Shown here in pieces: positions 8,620 to 18,452 of a stretch of DNA of 64,000 bases; positions within the stretch are counted from its first letter, which is position 1, and each line of letters starts with the position of its first letter. The translations under genes and the position numbers were made by a program. This DNA is from Bryobacteraceae bacterium. Lineage in GTDB: Bacteria > Acidobacteriota > Terriglobia > Bryobacterales > Bryobacteraceae. The notes under the pieces are model-generated. The model did not search any database. It saw only the letters and a list, made by a program, of their open reading frames with translations, and had not been told where the DNA came from. Location of the stretch: the NCBI GenBank assembly GCA_050015435.1, contig JBEKBK010000001.1, positions 15,249-79,248 on the forward strand. The letters are read 5' to 3'.

Positions 8620-10185
8620 TCATTTTTCAACCAAAAAATTCCCAACAAACAGCGCGTCGATTCCGGACGAGTAGAAGCTCCGGACCGCATCGCGCGGCGT
8701 CGAGACCAGAGGGTCGCCGAACAGGTTGAAGCTGGTGTTGTACAGCACTGGTAAACCCGTGGCCTTGCCGGCCTCATTCAACAAATGGTGATACAGCGGA
8801 TTGTCGGCCTCGCTTACCGTATGCACCCGGACCATGTCATGGCCGAGGATGGCCGTCTCGAAGGTCTTGCGGTACGCATGCCGCACACGCCCTACCGTGG
8901 CGAGATGACGCGCGTTCGGTCCCACTTCGAAGAACTCACTCGCCAGTTCCACCGGAACCGACGCCGCGAATTTGCGGAACGGCTCGCGATGCTTGATGAA
9001 GACGTTCAGATTTTCGGTCGAGTACGGATCCAAAGGCGACGCCAGAATGCTGCGGTTGCCCAACGCACGCGGGCCGAACTCCATTCGCCCGTGCATCCAC
9101 GCGACGATCTTGTGTTCGCCCAACATCCGCACCGCCGTGGTCAACAGATCGTCAGTGGAGCGCAGATACTGAAAACGCAGCTTGCAGTTTTCGAGCACCT
9201 GTTTAATTTGCTCGGGGCCATAGCTGGGACCCAACAACAGCGAACCGGAACCCGAATGGCGGGCATGTTTCCGTACGTGATGCCAGACATAATCCACCGC
9301 GCCAAGAGCCGTGCCGGCATTGCCTGCGGCAGCCTGGACGAATACGTTCTTCCACCTGCCACTGCGCTCCAGGAACTCGACCAGCAGGGCGTTATAGAAG
9401 AGACCGCCAGCGAGGCAAAGGTTTTCGCCCTGGCCCACCAGCGTCAACACAGTGTCTTCGATGGTCTTTTGCAGGCCGCGCGCCACCGAAGGCGCCAAGG
9501 AGGCCGGAATTTTCGCGCCATCCGCGAGCCCGAGGCACGCGAATAACTTCGCGCTGAATCCTCCGCCCGAAAGGCGATGGCCATCGAAGAACGACGAATC
9601 GATCCGCGCGTCTTCGGACAACACTTCCCGGAACAGTCCCGCGAAACGATCATCGCCCGACGCGGAGAGCCACTGCACTTTGTGTTCATCCGCGCCCGCT
9701 CGGAAGCCGAGCAGTTCCGTAACCGCGCCGTAGAAGCGGCCGAGCGAGTCCGGATAATACCAGGACTTCTCTGCCTGCAGCTCATTGCCGCGACCGTTCC
9801 AACGCGCTCCGCAGCAGAAATCGCCAGCGTTGTCGAGCGTCAATACAGTCGCGTGCTCGAAAGGCGAAGCATAAAATGCTGATGCCGCGTGAGCAAGGTG
9901 ATGCTCAACCACCACAACCTCGCTGTTCGGAAACTGGGCGCGCAAGGCGATATGGAACTCGGCTTCCGGTCCGCGCGCGAACGGGCGTACAATCGCGACG
10001 CAATCCACCTGATCCGGCGTCGCGCCGGCGAGCCGAAGGCATTCGTCAATCGACGCGCGCGGCACTGCGTCAGGCGACAGCGCTCGCGTCAGTTTCGATT
10101 CCTCGACTGCGGATTTGATTTCGCCATCCTTCAAGACGGCGCAAGCCGGATCGCGGAGCAGACCACCCAGGCCGAGAATCACCAT
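8620..10185 (-). CDS. Carbamoyltransferase, NodU/CmcH/TobZ family
   Basis: 521 aa. N-terminal ILGLGG..DPACAVLKDGEI..AVEESKLTR (ASKHA/Kae1-like) and C-terminal YNTSFNLFGDPLV block. Confidence 0.9.
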   Translation of the reverse strand: MVILGLGGLLRDPACAVLKDGEIKSAVEESKLTRALSPDAVPRASIDECLRLAGATPDQVDCVAIVRPFARGPEAEFHIALRAQFPNSEVVVVEHHLAHAASAFYASPFEHATVLTLDNAGDFCCGARWNGRGNELQAEKSWYYPDSLGRFYGAVTELLGFRAGADEHKVQWLSASGDDRFAGLFREVLSEDARIDSSFFDGHRLSGGGFSAKLFACLGLADGAKIPASLAPSVARGLQKTIEDTVLTLVGQGENLCLAGGLFYNALLVEFLERSGRWKNVFVQAAAGNAGTALGAVDYVWHHVRKHARHSGSGSLLLGPSYGPEQIKQVLENCKLRFQYLRSTDDLLTTAVRMLGEHKIVAWMHGRMEFGPRALGNRSILASPLDPYSTENLNVFIKHREPFRKFAASVPVELASEFFEVGPNARHLATVGRVRHAYRKTFETAILGHDMVRVHTVSEADNPLYHHLLNEAGKATGLPVLYNTSFNLFGDPLVSTPRDAVRSFYSSGIDALFVGNFLVEK

Positions 10186-10188
10186 CAG

Positions 10189-11904
10189 CTATCCCGTTTT
10201 TCCTTTCTTTTCGGACTTTTCTTTCTTCTCGATTTTGGCCCAGGTGTCGCGTAGCGCAACGGTGCGATTGAACACCATTTTCTCCGGCGTCGAGTCGGGG
10301 TCCACGCAGAAGTAGCCGAGGCGTTCGAACTGGTAGCTGCTGCCCGACGCCGCACCCGCAAGGCTCGGTTCCAGCTTGCAACCAGCCAATACTTCGAGCG
10401 AGTTCGGATTCAGATTGTCGGTGAATTCCCCGCCCTCCGCAACTTCGTTCGGATCCTCGCGATTAAAGAGGGTTTCATACAGCCGAACTTCTGCGTCGAC
10501 GGCGTGCGCCGCGGAAACCCAATGGATCGTGGACTTCACCTTGCGCCCATCCGGCGCATTGCCGCCGCGTGTGGCCGGATCATAGGTGCAGTGAATCTCC
10601 ACTGGTTCGCCCTGGTCATTCTTGATCACGCTCGTGCAGGTAATGAAGTAGCCATAACGCAACCGCACCTCGCGGCCGGGCGAAAGCCGGAAGTACTGCT
10701 TCGGCGGATCTTCGCGAAAATCTTCCTGCTCGATGTACAACACCCCGGAGAACGGAACCGGCCGGGTTCCCACGCTCGCATCTTCCGGATTGTTGACCGC
10801 CTCGAGTTCCTCCACTTGATCCTTGGGATAGTTGTCGATCACCACCCGCAACGGCCGCAATACGCCCATCACGCGCGACGCGCGCCGGTTCAGATCCTCA
10901 CGGACGAAGTATTCGAGCAGCGAGAGCTCAGTGACTCCATTGGTCTTCGACACTCCAATCCGGCGGCAGAAATTGCGGAGCGCTTCCGGCGAGTAGCCCC
11001 GCCTACGCATCCCCGAAATGGTGGGCATGCGCGGATCGTTCCAACCGCAAACATATTTCTTCTGAACCAGCATCAGCAGCTTGCGCTTACTGAGCAGCGT
11101 GTAAGTAAGGTTCAGGCGATCAAATTCGATTTGCTGAGGATGATAAATCCCGAGCTGTTCGATGTACCAATCGTATAGCGGACGATGATCCTCAAACTCG
11201 AGCGTGCAGATCGAATGAGTAATGCCTTCGATTGAATCCGATTGACCATGCGCAAAGTCGTACATCGGATAAATGCACCATTTGTTCCCGGTGCGATGGT
11301 GCTCCGCGTGAACGATTCGATACATGATTGGATCGCGCAGATTGAGATTCGGCGACGCCATGTCGATTTTCGCGCGTAAGGTTCTGAAGCCATCGGGAAA
11401 TTCACCGGCGCGCATGCGCTCGAATAGTTGCAGGTTCTCTTCAACCGTTCGGTTCCGGTAGGGGCTCTCCTGCCCCGGCTCGGTCAACGTTCCGCGCTGC
11501 TTCCGAACCTCCTCGGGTGTTAGATCGCAAACATAGGCTTTTCCGGACCGGATCAGTTGAACGGCCCACGCATACATTTGATCGAAATAGTCGGAGGCGT
11601 AAAACAGGCGCCCTTCCCAATCGCCACCCAGCCAGTGGACATCCTCGATGATGGAATCGACGTATTCGGTTTCTTCCTTCGCCGGGTTCGTATCGTCAAA
11701 CCGCAGGTTGCATTTGCCTCCGAACTCGGCCGCAAGCCCGAAGTTCAGGTTGATGGATTTGGCGTGTCCGACGTGAAGATAACCGTTGGGCTCCGGTGGG
11801 AAGCGCGTGTGGACGCGGCCCCCATACTTGTTGGTCCGCAAATCGTCCAGGATGATCTCGCGGACAAAATTCGAGGGCGCTGGTGTTGATTCGGTCGGAT
11901 TCAT
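10189..11904 (-). CDS. glnS: Glutamine--tRNA ligase
   Basis: [24 protein letters not shown] (HIGH motif), LSKRKL (KMSKS-like), C-terminal anticodon-binding barrels. Ends in a Lys-rich tail [15 protein letters not shown]. Confidence 0.95.
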   Translation of the reverse strand: MNPTESTPAPSNFVREIILDDLRTNKYGGRVHTRFPPEPNGYLHVGHAKSINLNFGLAAEFGGKCNLRFDDTNPAKEETEYVDSIIEDVHWLGGDWEGRLFYASDYFDQMYAWAVQLIRSGKAYVCDLTPEEVRKQRGTLTEPGQESPYRNRTVEENLQLFERMRAGEFPDGFRTLRAKIDMASPNLNLRDPIMYRIVHAEHHRTGNKWCIYPMYDFAHGQSDSIEGITHSICTLEFEDHRPLYDWYIEQLGIYHPQQIEFDRLNLTYTLLSKRKLLMLVQKKYVCGWNDPRMPTISGMRRRGYSPEALRNFCRRIGVSKTNGVTELSLLEYFVREDLNRRASRVMGVLRPLRVVIDNYPKDQVEELEAVNNPEDASVGTRPVPFSGVLYIEQEDFREDPPKQYFRLSPGREVRLRYGYFITCTSVIKNDQGEPVEIHCTYDPATRGGNAPDGRKVKSTIHWVSAAHAVDAEVRLYETLFNREDPNEVAEGGEFTDNLNPNSLEVLAGCKLEPSLAGAASGSSYQFERLGYFCVDPDSTPEKMVFNRTVALRDTWAKIEKKEKSEKKGKTG

Positions 11905-11912
11905 AGCCTTTC

Positions 11913-13352
11913 CTAGCTTAGTATTTGAAGCGCGCGGTCGAGTCTTTTGAGAGTGGTTTCGCGGCCAAGCACCGCAAGACTCTCAAACAGAGGGGGCGCT
12001 ATTTTGCGGCCACACACCGCAACGCGAATCGGCTGGAACATTTGGCCGGTTTTGATCTTGAGCTCTTTCGCGGCAGGGCGCAAGGCCGCGTCCAAGGCGT
12101 CGTGAGTGAAATCGGCCGTCGCCAGAACCTCGCGCGCCCGCTGCAACGCGAGCCTTGTGTTGGCCGCATCTAATTTATCCGGGATCAGTTCATGGGGGTC
12201 GTATGGCGGTAGCTCGTCCACGAAAAAAAAGTCGGCCGTGGTGGCCACATCGCGCAGCAATTTGATCCGATCCTTTATCAGGGGAGCGACCTGCAACATC
12301 TTTGGAAGGTCGACGTGGAAACCGGCGGCGCAGGCGAACGGCATCAACAACTCGGCCAGTTCTTCGACCGGCAGGGCACGAATGTGCTCCGCATTGAGCC
12401 ACACGGCCTTGGGATCGAAGGGATCCTCTTCGGTGAAATTCACGATCGCATTGCTGCGATTCACACCGTCCAGTGTGAACGCATCGGTCAATTCCTGACG
12501 GGACAGATGCTCGCGATCGTCCTTGGGTGACCAGCCGCGTAGGCACACGAAGTTAACAAACGCTTGGGCCAGGAATCCGGCGTCGCGATAGGTGGTCACG
12601 CTGACAACAGGTCCGTGCCTTCTTTTCGATAACTTGGAACCATCCGGCGCGATCAATAGCGGAAGGTGGGCAAACTTCGGCGCAGCCTCCGTGAGAGCTT
12701 CGAAGATCAGCACATGTTTGAAGGTGTTGGTCAGGTGATCCTGGCCTCGAATGATATGGCTGATGCGCAGGTCCGCGTCATCGGCGCAAGACGCCATGTG
12801 ATAGGTTGGAACGCCGCTGCTCCGCAGCAGCGCGAAATCTTCGATATCCGCAGTGGCTTTGCATTGGGGACCGTAGACCAGATCGTCAAAGCTTACGTCA
12901 ACTCGAGTCTCGCGCGGCACCCGGAAACGGAGCACGAAAGGCTCGCCCGCCGCCGCCCGGCGATCGCTCTCGGCCTGCGAAAGCTCCCGCATGCCCGGGT
13001 TGAACAGCCACGGACCGCCAGTGTGCGATGATTTTTCTTCAGTTTCCAGCAAAGCCGGCGTAAAGTCGCGGTAGGCCAGCCCCTTCGCGAGGATTTCGTT
13101 CGCCAAACGCTTGTGAAGCTCCAAGCGCTCGGATTGCCTATAAAACTCATCCCAACTGAGGTCGAGCCATTGAAGCCCCTCGAAAATCGAGTCGAGGGAA
13201 GCCTGGGTATTGCGCTCGACATCCGTATCGTCGATCCGCAGGATCATCGTCCCTTGGTTGCGCCTGGCGTACAGCCAATTGAAAATGAAGGTCCTGGCGC
13301 TACCGATGTGCAAATAACCGGTAGGCGACGGGGCGAAACGCACTCTGAGCAT
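11913..13352 (-). CDS. gltX: Glutamate--tRNA ligase
   Basis: [18 protein letters not shown] (HIGH), KLSKRR (KMSKS). 8 nt upstream of glnS. Confidence 0.95.
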   Translation of the reverse strand: MLRVRFAPSPTGYLHIGSARTFIFNWLYARRNQGTMILRIDDTDVERNTQASLDSIFEGLQWLDLSWDEFYRQSERLELHKRLANEILAKGLAYRDFTPALLETEEKSSHTGGPWLFNPGMRELSQAESDRRAAAGEPFVLRFRVPRETRVDVSFDDLVYGPQCKATADIEDFALLRSSGVPTYHMASCADDADLRISHIIRGQDHLTNTFKHVLIFEALTEAAPKFAHLPLLIAPDGSKLSKRRHGPVVSVTTYRDAGFLAQAFVNFVCLRGWSPKDDREHLSRQELTDAFTLDGVNRSNAIVNFTEEDPFDPKAVWLNAEHIRALPVEELAELLMPFACAAGFHVDLPKMLQVAPLIKDRIKLLRDVATTADFFFVDELPPYDPHELIPDKLDAANTRLALQRAREVLATADFTHDALDAALRPAAKELKIKTGQMFQPIRVAVCGRKIAPPLFESLAVLGRETTLKRLDRALQILS

Positions 13353-13447
13353 GGAAACCTACAGGATAACAGTCACCGCCCGCTTTACACTCTGTGACGA
13401 TGACTCTTTTGGTTTCAGTAGTATACTGTGGGAGCCTGCGAAAAAAT

Positions 13448-14803
13448 ATGCACCTTTTTCGGGCCACCTGCCTGTGGATGATAGGGTCGACGGCCATGGC
13501 CGCTACCACCACGACGACGCCGACGTTTTACAAGGACGTCCTCCCGATCTTGCAGAAGCGTTGCCAGGAATGCCATCGCCCGGGCGAACTCGCTCCGATG
13601 TCGCTGCTCTCGTACCAGGAAGCCCGGCCGTGGGCCAAGTCCATCAAGAGTTCGGTGGTGAGCAAGAAAATGCCACCCTGGTTCGCGGATCCCAGATACG
13701 GGCATTTCGCGAATGAACGCAAGTTGACGGATAGCGAAGTGACCACGTTAGTCGCGTGGGTGGACGCAGGCTCGCCTGAAGGCGATACGAAGGATAAACC
13801 CGCCCCGGTCAAATCTTACGACGGCTGGAATATCAAACCCGACGTTGTGATCGAAATGCCGAAAGCCGTGGAGATTCCGGCCGTAGGGACCGTCGAGTAC
13901 ACCTACGTAATCGTGCCGACGGGCTTCACAAAGGACACATGGGTGACTGCGGCCGAGGTTCGTCCCAGCAATCGCGCGGTGGTGCATCATGTGATCGCTT
14001 TCGTCCGAACCCCCGGGGCTTTGTATTTAAGAGATGCCAAACCGGGCGAACCGGTGATTCCGAACGCGGGGGTGATGCGCGACGAGAACGGGTTCCCGGC
14101 TCAACCCTCCAAGCGGCAACACATCGCTGAGATTCAGCGAGCCGAGAATCAGGACGTGGGTCCCGAGTTTCTGGCCGGGTATGCGCCGGGTTTGCAGCCG
14201 CAACGGTTTTCGATAGGCGGAAACGATGCGGCCAAGTTGATCCCAGCTGGATCAGACATCGTGTTCCAACTGCATTACGCCGCCAACGGCAAGGCCACTT
14301 CGGATCACACTAAAATCGCCTTGACGCTGGCGCCCGCGCCCCCGCAACATCGCTTCCTGACGCTGAACGCGTTGAATACGCAGATCGACATCCCCGCGGG
14401 CGATTCAAACTACGAATCCCATGCTTCGGTGACGCTCAAGCAAAACGCCGACTTAGTGTGGTTACAACCTCACATGCACCTTCGCGGCAAGGATATGACT
14501 TTCAAGGTTACCTATCCGACGGGCGAATCCGAAATATTGCTTCAAGTTCCGCATTTCAGTTTCTCGTGGCAGCTCGGGTATGAAGAAGCGAAGCCGATCC
14601 TTCTGCCCAAAGGAAGCCGCATCGACGTTACGGCGCACCACGACAATTCGATGAACAATCCGGACAATCCCAATCCCCGACTGGACGTTCGGTGGGGCGA
14701 TCAGAGTTGGGAAGAGATGATGATCGGTTGGATGGGCCTGGTCGTGAATGCCGACGCAAATCCAAAAGCGATTCTATCCAGGCCGCCCCGCCAAAGTGAA
14801 TAA
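13448..14803 (+). CDS. Exported CxxCH-domain protein fused to a copper type II ascorbate-dependent monooxygenase (PHM)-like domain
   Basis: N-terminal FYKDVLPILQKRCQECHRPGE..MPPWFADP module, then His motifs VVHHVIAF and QPHMHLRG. The start could also be GTG 13394 or ATG 13400. Confidence 0.7.
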   Translation: MHLFRATCLWMIGSTAMAATTTTTPTFYKDVLPILQKRCQECHRPGELAPMSLLSYQEARPWAKSIKSSVVSKKMPPWFADPRYGHFANERKLTDSEVTTLVAWVDAGSPEGDTKDKPAPVKSYDGWNIKPDVVIEMPKAVEIPAVGTVEYTYVIVPTGFTKDTWVTAAEVRPSNRAVVHHVIAFVRTPGALYLRDAKPGEPVIPNAGVMRDENGFPAQPSKRQHIAEIQRAENQDVGPEFLAGYAPGLQPQRFSIGGNDAAKLIPAGSDIVFQLHYAANGKATSDHTKIALTLAPAPPQHRFLTLNALNTQIDIPAGDSNYESHASVTLKQNADLVWLQPHMHLRGKDMTFKVTYPTGESEILLQVPHFSFSWQLGYEEAKPILLPKGSRIDVTAHHDNSMNNPDNPNPRLDVRWGDQSWEEMMIGWMGLVVNADANPKAILSRPPRQSE

Positions 14804-16052
14804 ACAATCGATTGCTGTGGTGGGCGCCATCGCGCTGCTCACCGCGTGCACTCGTCCCAATCCGGCCATCGATCCACAGCTTTCAGGCGAAATCGCGAAA
14901 ATCCGGGCGATTGACAACCACGCGCATCCGGTACGTCCCACGGGTGCCGGGGAAAAGCCGGATGACGAGTACGATGCTCTCCCGGTCGACAATCTGGAGC
15001 CGCAGTCGGACCCGGTTCGGCTCCGTTCCGGTTCGCCCCAGATCCTTGACGCGCGCCGTCAGCTTTTTCACGACAATAAGCCGGGCGTCACTCGCGCGCA
15101 CTCAGGGGATTACGCAACTTGGGTCCTGGATCAACTCGGGATCGAGACTATGTTGTCTAATCGGGTCGCGATGGGTCCGGGTCTTCCCGCGCCTCGTTTT
15201 CGCTGGGTAGCGTTCGCCGATGCATTGATGTATCCGCTCGACAACCAGCCTCTGATTCATAACTCGGATCAGAAAGCGTTCTTCACGCTCGAAGAGCGTC
15301 TTCTGCGCCGCTACTACTCCGAATCCGGCGTGACTGCAAAGCCTGCCACTCTGGACCAGTACCTCGAAAAAGTGGTCCGCGCCACGTTGCAGCGCCACAA
15401 AGACGCTGGAGCCCTCGCCGAGAAATTCGAGATGGCGTATCTCCGGACCTTGGATGTCGACAATCCGTCGCGTGCCGACGCGGCGAGCGTTTACGCGAAA
15501 GGATCGGGAGATTACAAGGCTCTACAGGACTACATCTTCCGGTTCATCGCTTCGGAGTGCGGCCGGCTCGGCATGGCCGTGCACATTCACGCTGCACATG
15601 GCGGTGGTGGATACTTCAATGTCGCCGGCGCGAACCCTTTACTGTTGGAGCCGCTGCTCGATGATCCGTTCCTCCGGCAGACGAACTTCGTTCTGCTGCA
15701 TGGAGGTTGGCCGTTCACCCGCGAAATCGCGCCCCTGCTGACCAAGCCGAACATGTACGTCGATTTTTCGGAGCAGACGATCTCCAATTATCCGCGCGCC
15801 GTTTCCGAGGTGATTCGCTCCTGGATCGAGTACGTCCCGGAGAAAGTGATGTTCGCCACGGACGCTTATCCGTATTCGCCCGAGATGGGTTGGGAGGAGT
15901 CGGGCTGGATCGCTACGACGACCGGACGCGAAGCGTTAGCGTTGGCATTGACAGGGATGCTGAACGATAACGAAATCTCGCGCGACCGGGCGCTGGAGCT
16001 GGCGAGAATGGTGTTGCGGGAGAACGCGCGGAAGTTATATCGTCTGCCGTAG
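14796..16052 (+). CDS. Amidohydrolase-family lipoprotein
   Basis: GTG at 14796 gives the lipoprotein signal VNKQSIAVVGAIALLTAC. HxH metal motif IDNHAHP. Later HIHAAHGGGG and LLHGGWP blocks. Confidence 0.75.
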   Translation: MNKQSIAVVGAIALLTACTRPNPAIDPQLSGEIAKIRAIDNHAHPVRPTGAGEKPDDEYDALPVDNLEPQSDPVRLRSGSPQILDARRQLFHDNKPGVTRAHSGDYATWVLDQLGIETMLSNRVAMGPGLPAPRFRWVAFADALMYPLDNQPLIHNSDQKAFFTLEERLLRRYYSESGVTAKPATLDQYLEKVVRATLQRHKDAGALAEKFEMAYLRTLDVDNPSRADAASVYAKGSGDYKALQDYIFRFIASECGRLGMAVHIHAAHGGGGYFNVAGANPLLLEPLLDDPFLRQTNFVLLHGGWPFTREIAPLLTKPNMYVDFSEQTISNYPRAVSEVIRSWIEYVPEKVMFATDAYPYSPEMGWEESGWIATTTGREALALALTGMLNDNEISRDRALELARMVLRENARKLYRLP

Positions 16053-16066
16053 AACGCCACAGAATT

Positions 16067-16096
16067 GTTTATTTACGTTTATTCACGTTCATGCAC
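16067..16096. repeat. Three tandem imperfect 10-bp repeats upstream of the esterase-like gene
   Basis: GTTTATTTAC GTTTATTCAC GTTCATGCAC, with one-helical-turn spacing, 39 nt before the ATG at 16135. Confidence 0.4.
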
Positions 16097-16134
16097 GGCT
16101 CGACTGCGTTTTTGGCCGGCCTAAACTGGAACCA

Positions 16135-17843
16135 ATGATCCCTCGATCTATCGCTCTTATGTGCGGTATCGCGATGCTGGCGAACGCCACAAGCGCAGCC
16201 CCCAAATTTAGCGTCTCATTTCCGCGCGAGCGCAGTTCCACGGCATTGGACGGGCGGATTCTTCTGGTCCTTTCCACCGACCCCTCCGCCGAACCGCGCA
16301 TGCAAATCGACGATACGCCGAAGACCCAGATGATCTTCGGTATCGACATCGATTCGCTCGCGCCCGGAAAGTCTGCGATCGTCGATGACACGGCATCCGG
16401 CTATCCCGTCCGCCGGCTTTCTCCGGTCCCGCCTGGCGAATATTACGTTCAAGCGGTGCTCCATCGCTATGAGACGTTCCATCGCGCGGACGGCCATACC
16501 GTGAAGCTGCCGATGGATCGCGGCGAAGGCCAGCATTGGAATCTTGCGCCCGGAAATCTCTATAGCAAACCGCGCAAGATTGCGATCGGAAATTCCGGTG
16601 CGGCCGTGGCAATCGCGCTCACGGAAGAGATCCCGCCCATTCCCGCGCCGACGGACACTAAATATATCCGCCACGTGAAGATTCAGTCGCAACTGTTAAC
16701 GAAGTTCTGGGGACGTCCGATGTTTCTCGGCGCCAATATTCTGGTTCCGGAGGGATTCGATCAACACGCGGAGGCGCACTACCCTCTGGCTGTTTTTCAC
16801 GGACATTTTCCCGACGATTTCGACGGTTTTCGCACCGAGCCGCCCGACCCGAACTTGAAACCAGCCTACAGTGAACGTTTCCACCTCGCCGGCTACAACC
16901 GCATCCAGCAGGAAGAAGCTTACAAGTTCTATCAGCAATGGATCGCGCCCGGCTTCCCGCGATTCCTCGTCGTCGAGATCCAGCACGCTAATCCCTATTA
17001 CGACGATTCCTATGCGGTCAACTCAGCGAATCTGGGTCCATACGGCGATGCCATCGAAACGGAGCTGCTGCCGTACGTGGAAAAGCAGTTTCGCGCGATT
17101 GGCCAAGGTTGGGCGCGTTTTCTATATGGAGGGTCCACCGGGAAGCGCTAGCAGTCCAAATGTTTTACCCCGAGCACTACAACGGCGCGTTTGCGGCGTG
17201 CCCCGATCCGATCGATTTTCGCGCGTTCACTACCATCAATCTCTATGAAGACAAGAACGCCTTCGTGATCCAGGGTGCGCACAAGCAGGTGGAGCAGCCG
17301 GGAATGCGCGATTACCTGGGACATGTGACGATCACGCAGCGGGATGTGAACGCCTATGAACTGGCGCTCGGCTCGCACGGGCGGTCAGGCGAACAATATG
17401 ATATCTGGCAGGCCGTGTATTCTCCTGTTGGACAGGATGGTTATCCGCAGTCAATCTTCAACAAAGAAACTGGGGAGATTCACGCCGATGTCGCGCAGTA
17501 TTGGCGCGATCATTATGACCTGGGGCACATTCTTGCGCGCGATTGGTCCACGCTGGGACCGAAGCTGCGCGGCAAGATTCATCTGTACGTGGGCAGCGCC
17601 GATACTTACTTTCTGAATGACGCCGTGTATTATGTCGAGGACTTTCTGAAGAACACCACCGACCCGCCGTATGAGGGAGAAGTGAAATACGGGGATCGCG
17701 TCGAACACTGTTGGAACGGCGATCCGACCCTGCCCAATGCCCTCTCGCGCCTGCACTACAACACGATGTATCTGCCGAAGATGATGGAGCGCATGGAGAA
17801 GACTGCGCCGCCCGGAGCGGACCTCAAAAGCTGGCGATATTAG
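16135..17843 (+). pseudogene. Exported alpha/beta-hydrolase (esterase-like) gene interrupted by a frameshift near 17140
   Basis: ORF 16135-17151 ends ..FLYGGSTGKR-stop. ORF 17109-17843 continues EALAVQMFYPEHYNGAFAACPDPIDFR. Restoring one base in the G run at 17140-17142 joins them as GGSTGEALAVQ. Confidence 0.7.
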
Positions 17844-17844
17844 A

Positions 17845-18378
17845 TCACCGCATTGCAGTTTTTGAATGCTGCAGAGGCAAGGCGGTCTTGTACTTTACCT
17901 GCTTTAGGGCCACGCTCGAGCGAATGCTTCCGACCCCCGGAACTCTCGAAAGAAAGTCAGTCACAAATACCTGGTATTCGTCGAGATCCGCCACAACCAC
18001 GCGCAGCAGATAGTCGGAGGCGCCCGTCATGAGGTAACATTCCATCACTTCCCTACGCTTTGAAATCGCGCTTTCGAAGGCCTTCAGGCTGGGCTCGACT
18101 TGACGGTCTAAGCTCACTTGAACAAATACGTTGACGCCTAGCCCGACGGCGCGCGCGTCCACCAGCGCGGCGTATTGACGGATAAAACCCTCCTCTTCGA
18201 GCAACTTCATCCGGACCAGGCAAGGAGACGGCGAAAGACCGACCTTCTCAGCCAGCTCCACATTCGTGATGCGGCCGTTCTCTTGCAGCACGGTTAGAAT
18301 ATGCCGATCGATGGAATCAAGTTGACGCTCGATCACGATGACAGCATAACATGCCGTTGCTCTCCTTAAGTTACGCAT
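17845..18378 (-). CDS. Lrp/AsnC-family transcriptional regulator
   Basis: HTH LDSIDRHILTVLQENGRITNVELAEKVGLSPSPCLVRMKLLEEEGFI plus a C-terminal RAM domain. Divergent from aceE. Confidence 0.9.
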   Translation of the reverse strand: MRNLRRATACYAVIVIERQLDSIDRHILTVLQENGRITNVELAEKVGLSPSPCLVRMKLLEEEGFIRQYAALVDARAVGLGVNVFVQVSLDRQVEPSLKAFESAISKRREVMECYLMTGASDYLLRVVVADLDEYQVFVTDFLSRVPGVGSIRSSVALKQVKYKTALPLQHSKTAMR

Positions 18379-18452
18379 AGTATGCTGCGAACGGGCTTCA
18401 GCAGAGCCAAGATCAGTGTCTGCTGCCGTGGGACGTTCCGTATGCTGATCCC

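Noticed and set aside
8785-9546. 253-aa plus-strand ORF
   Set aside because: Antisense to the carbamoyltransferase. Shadow ORF.
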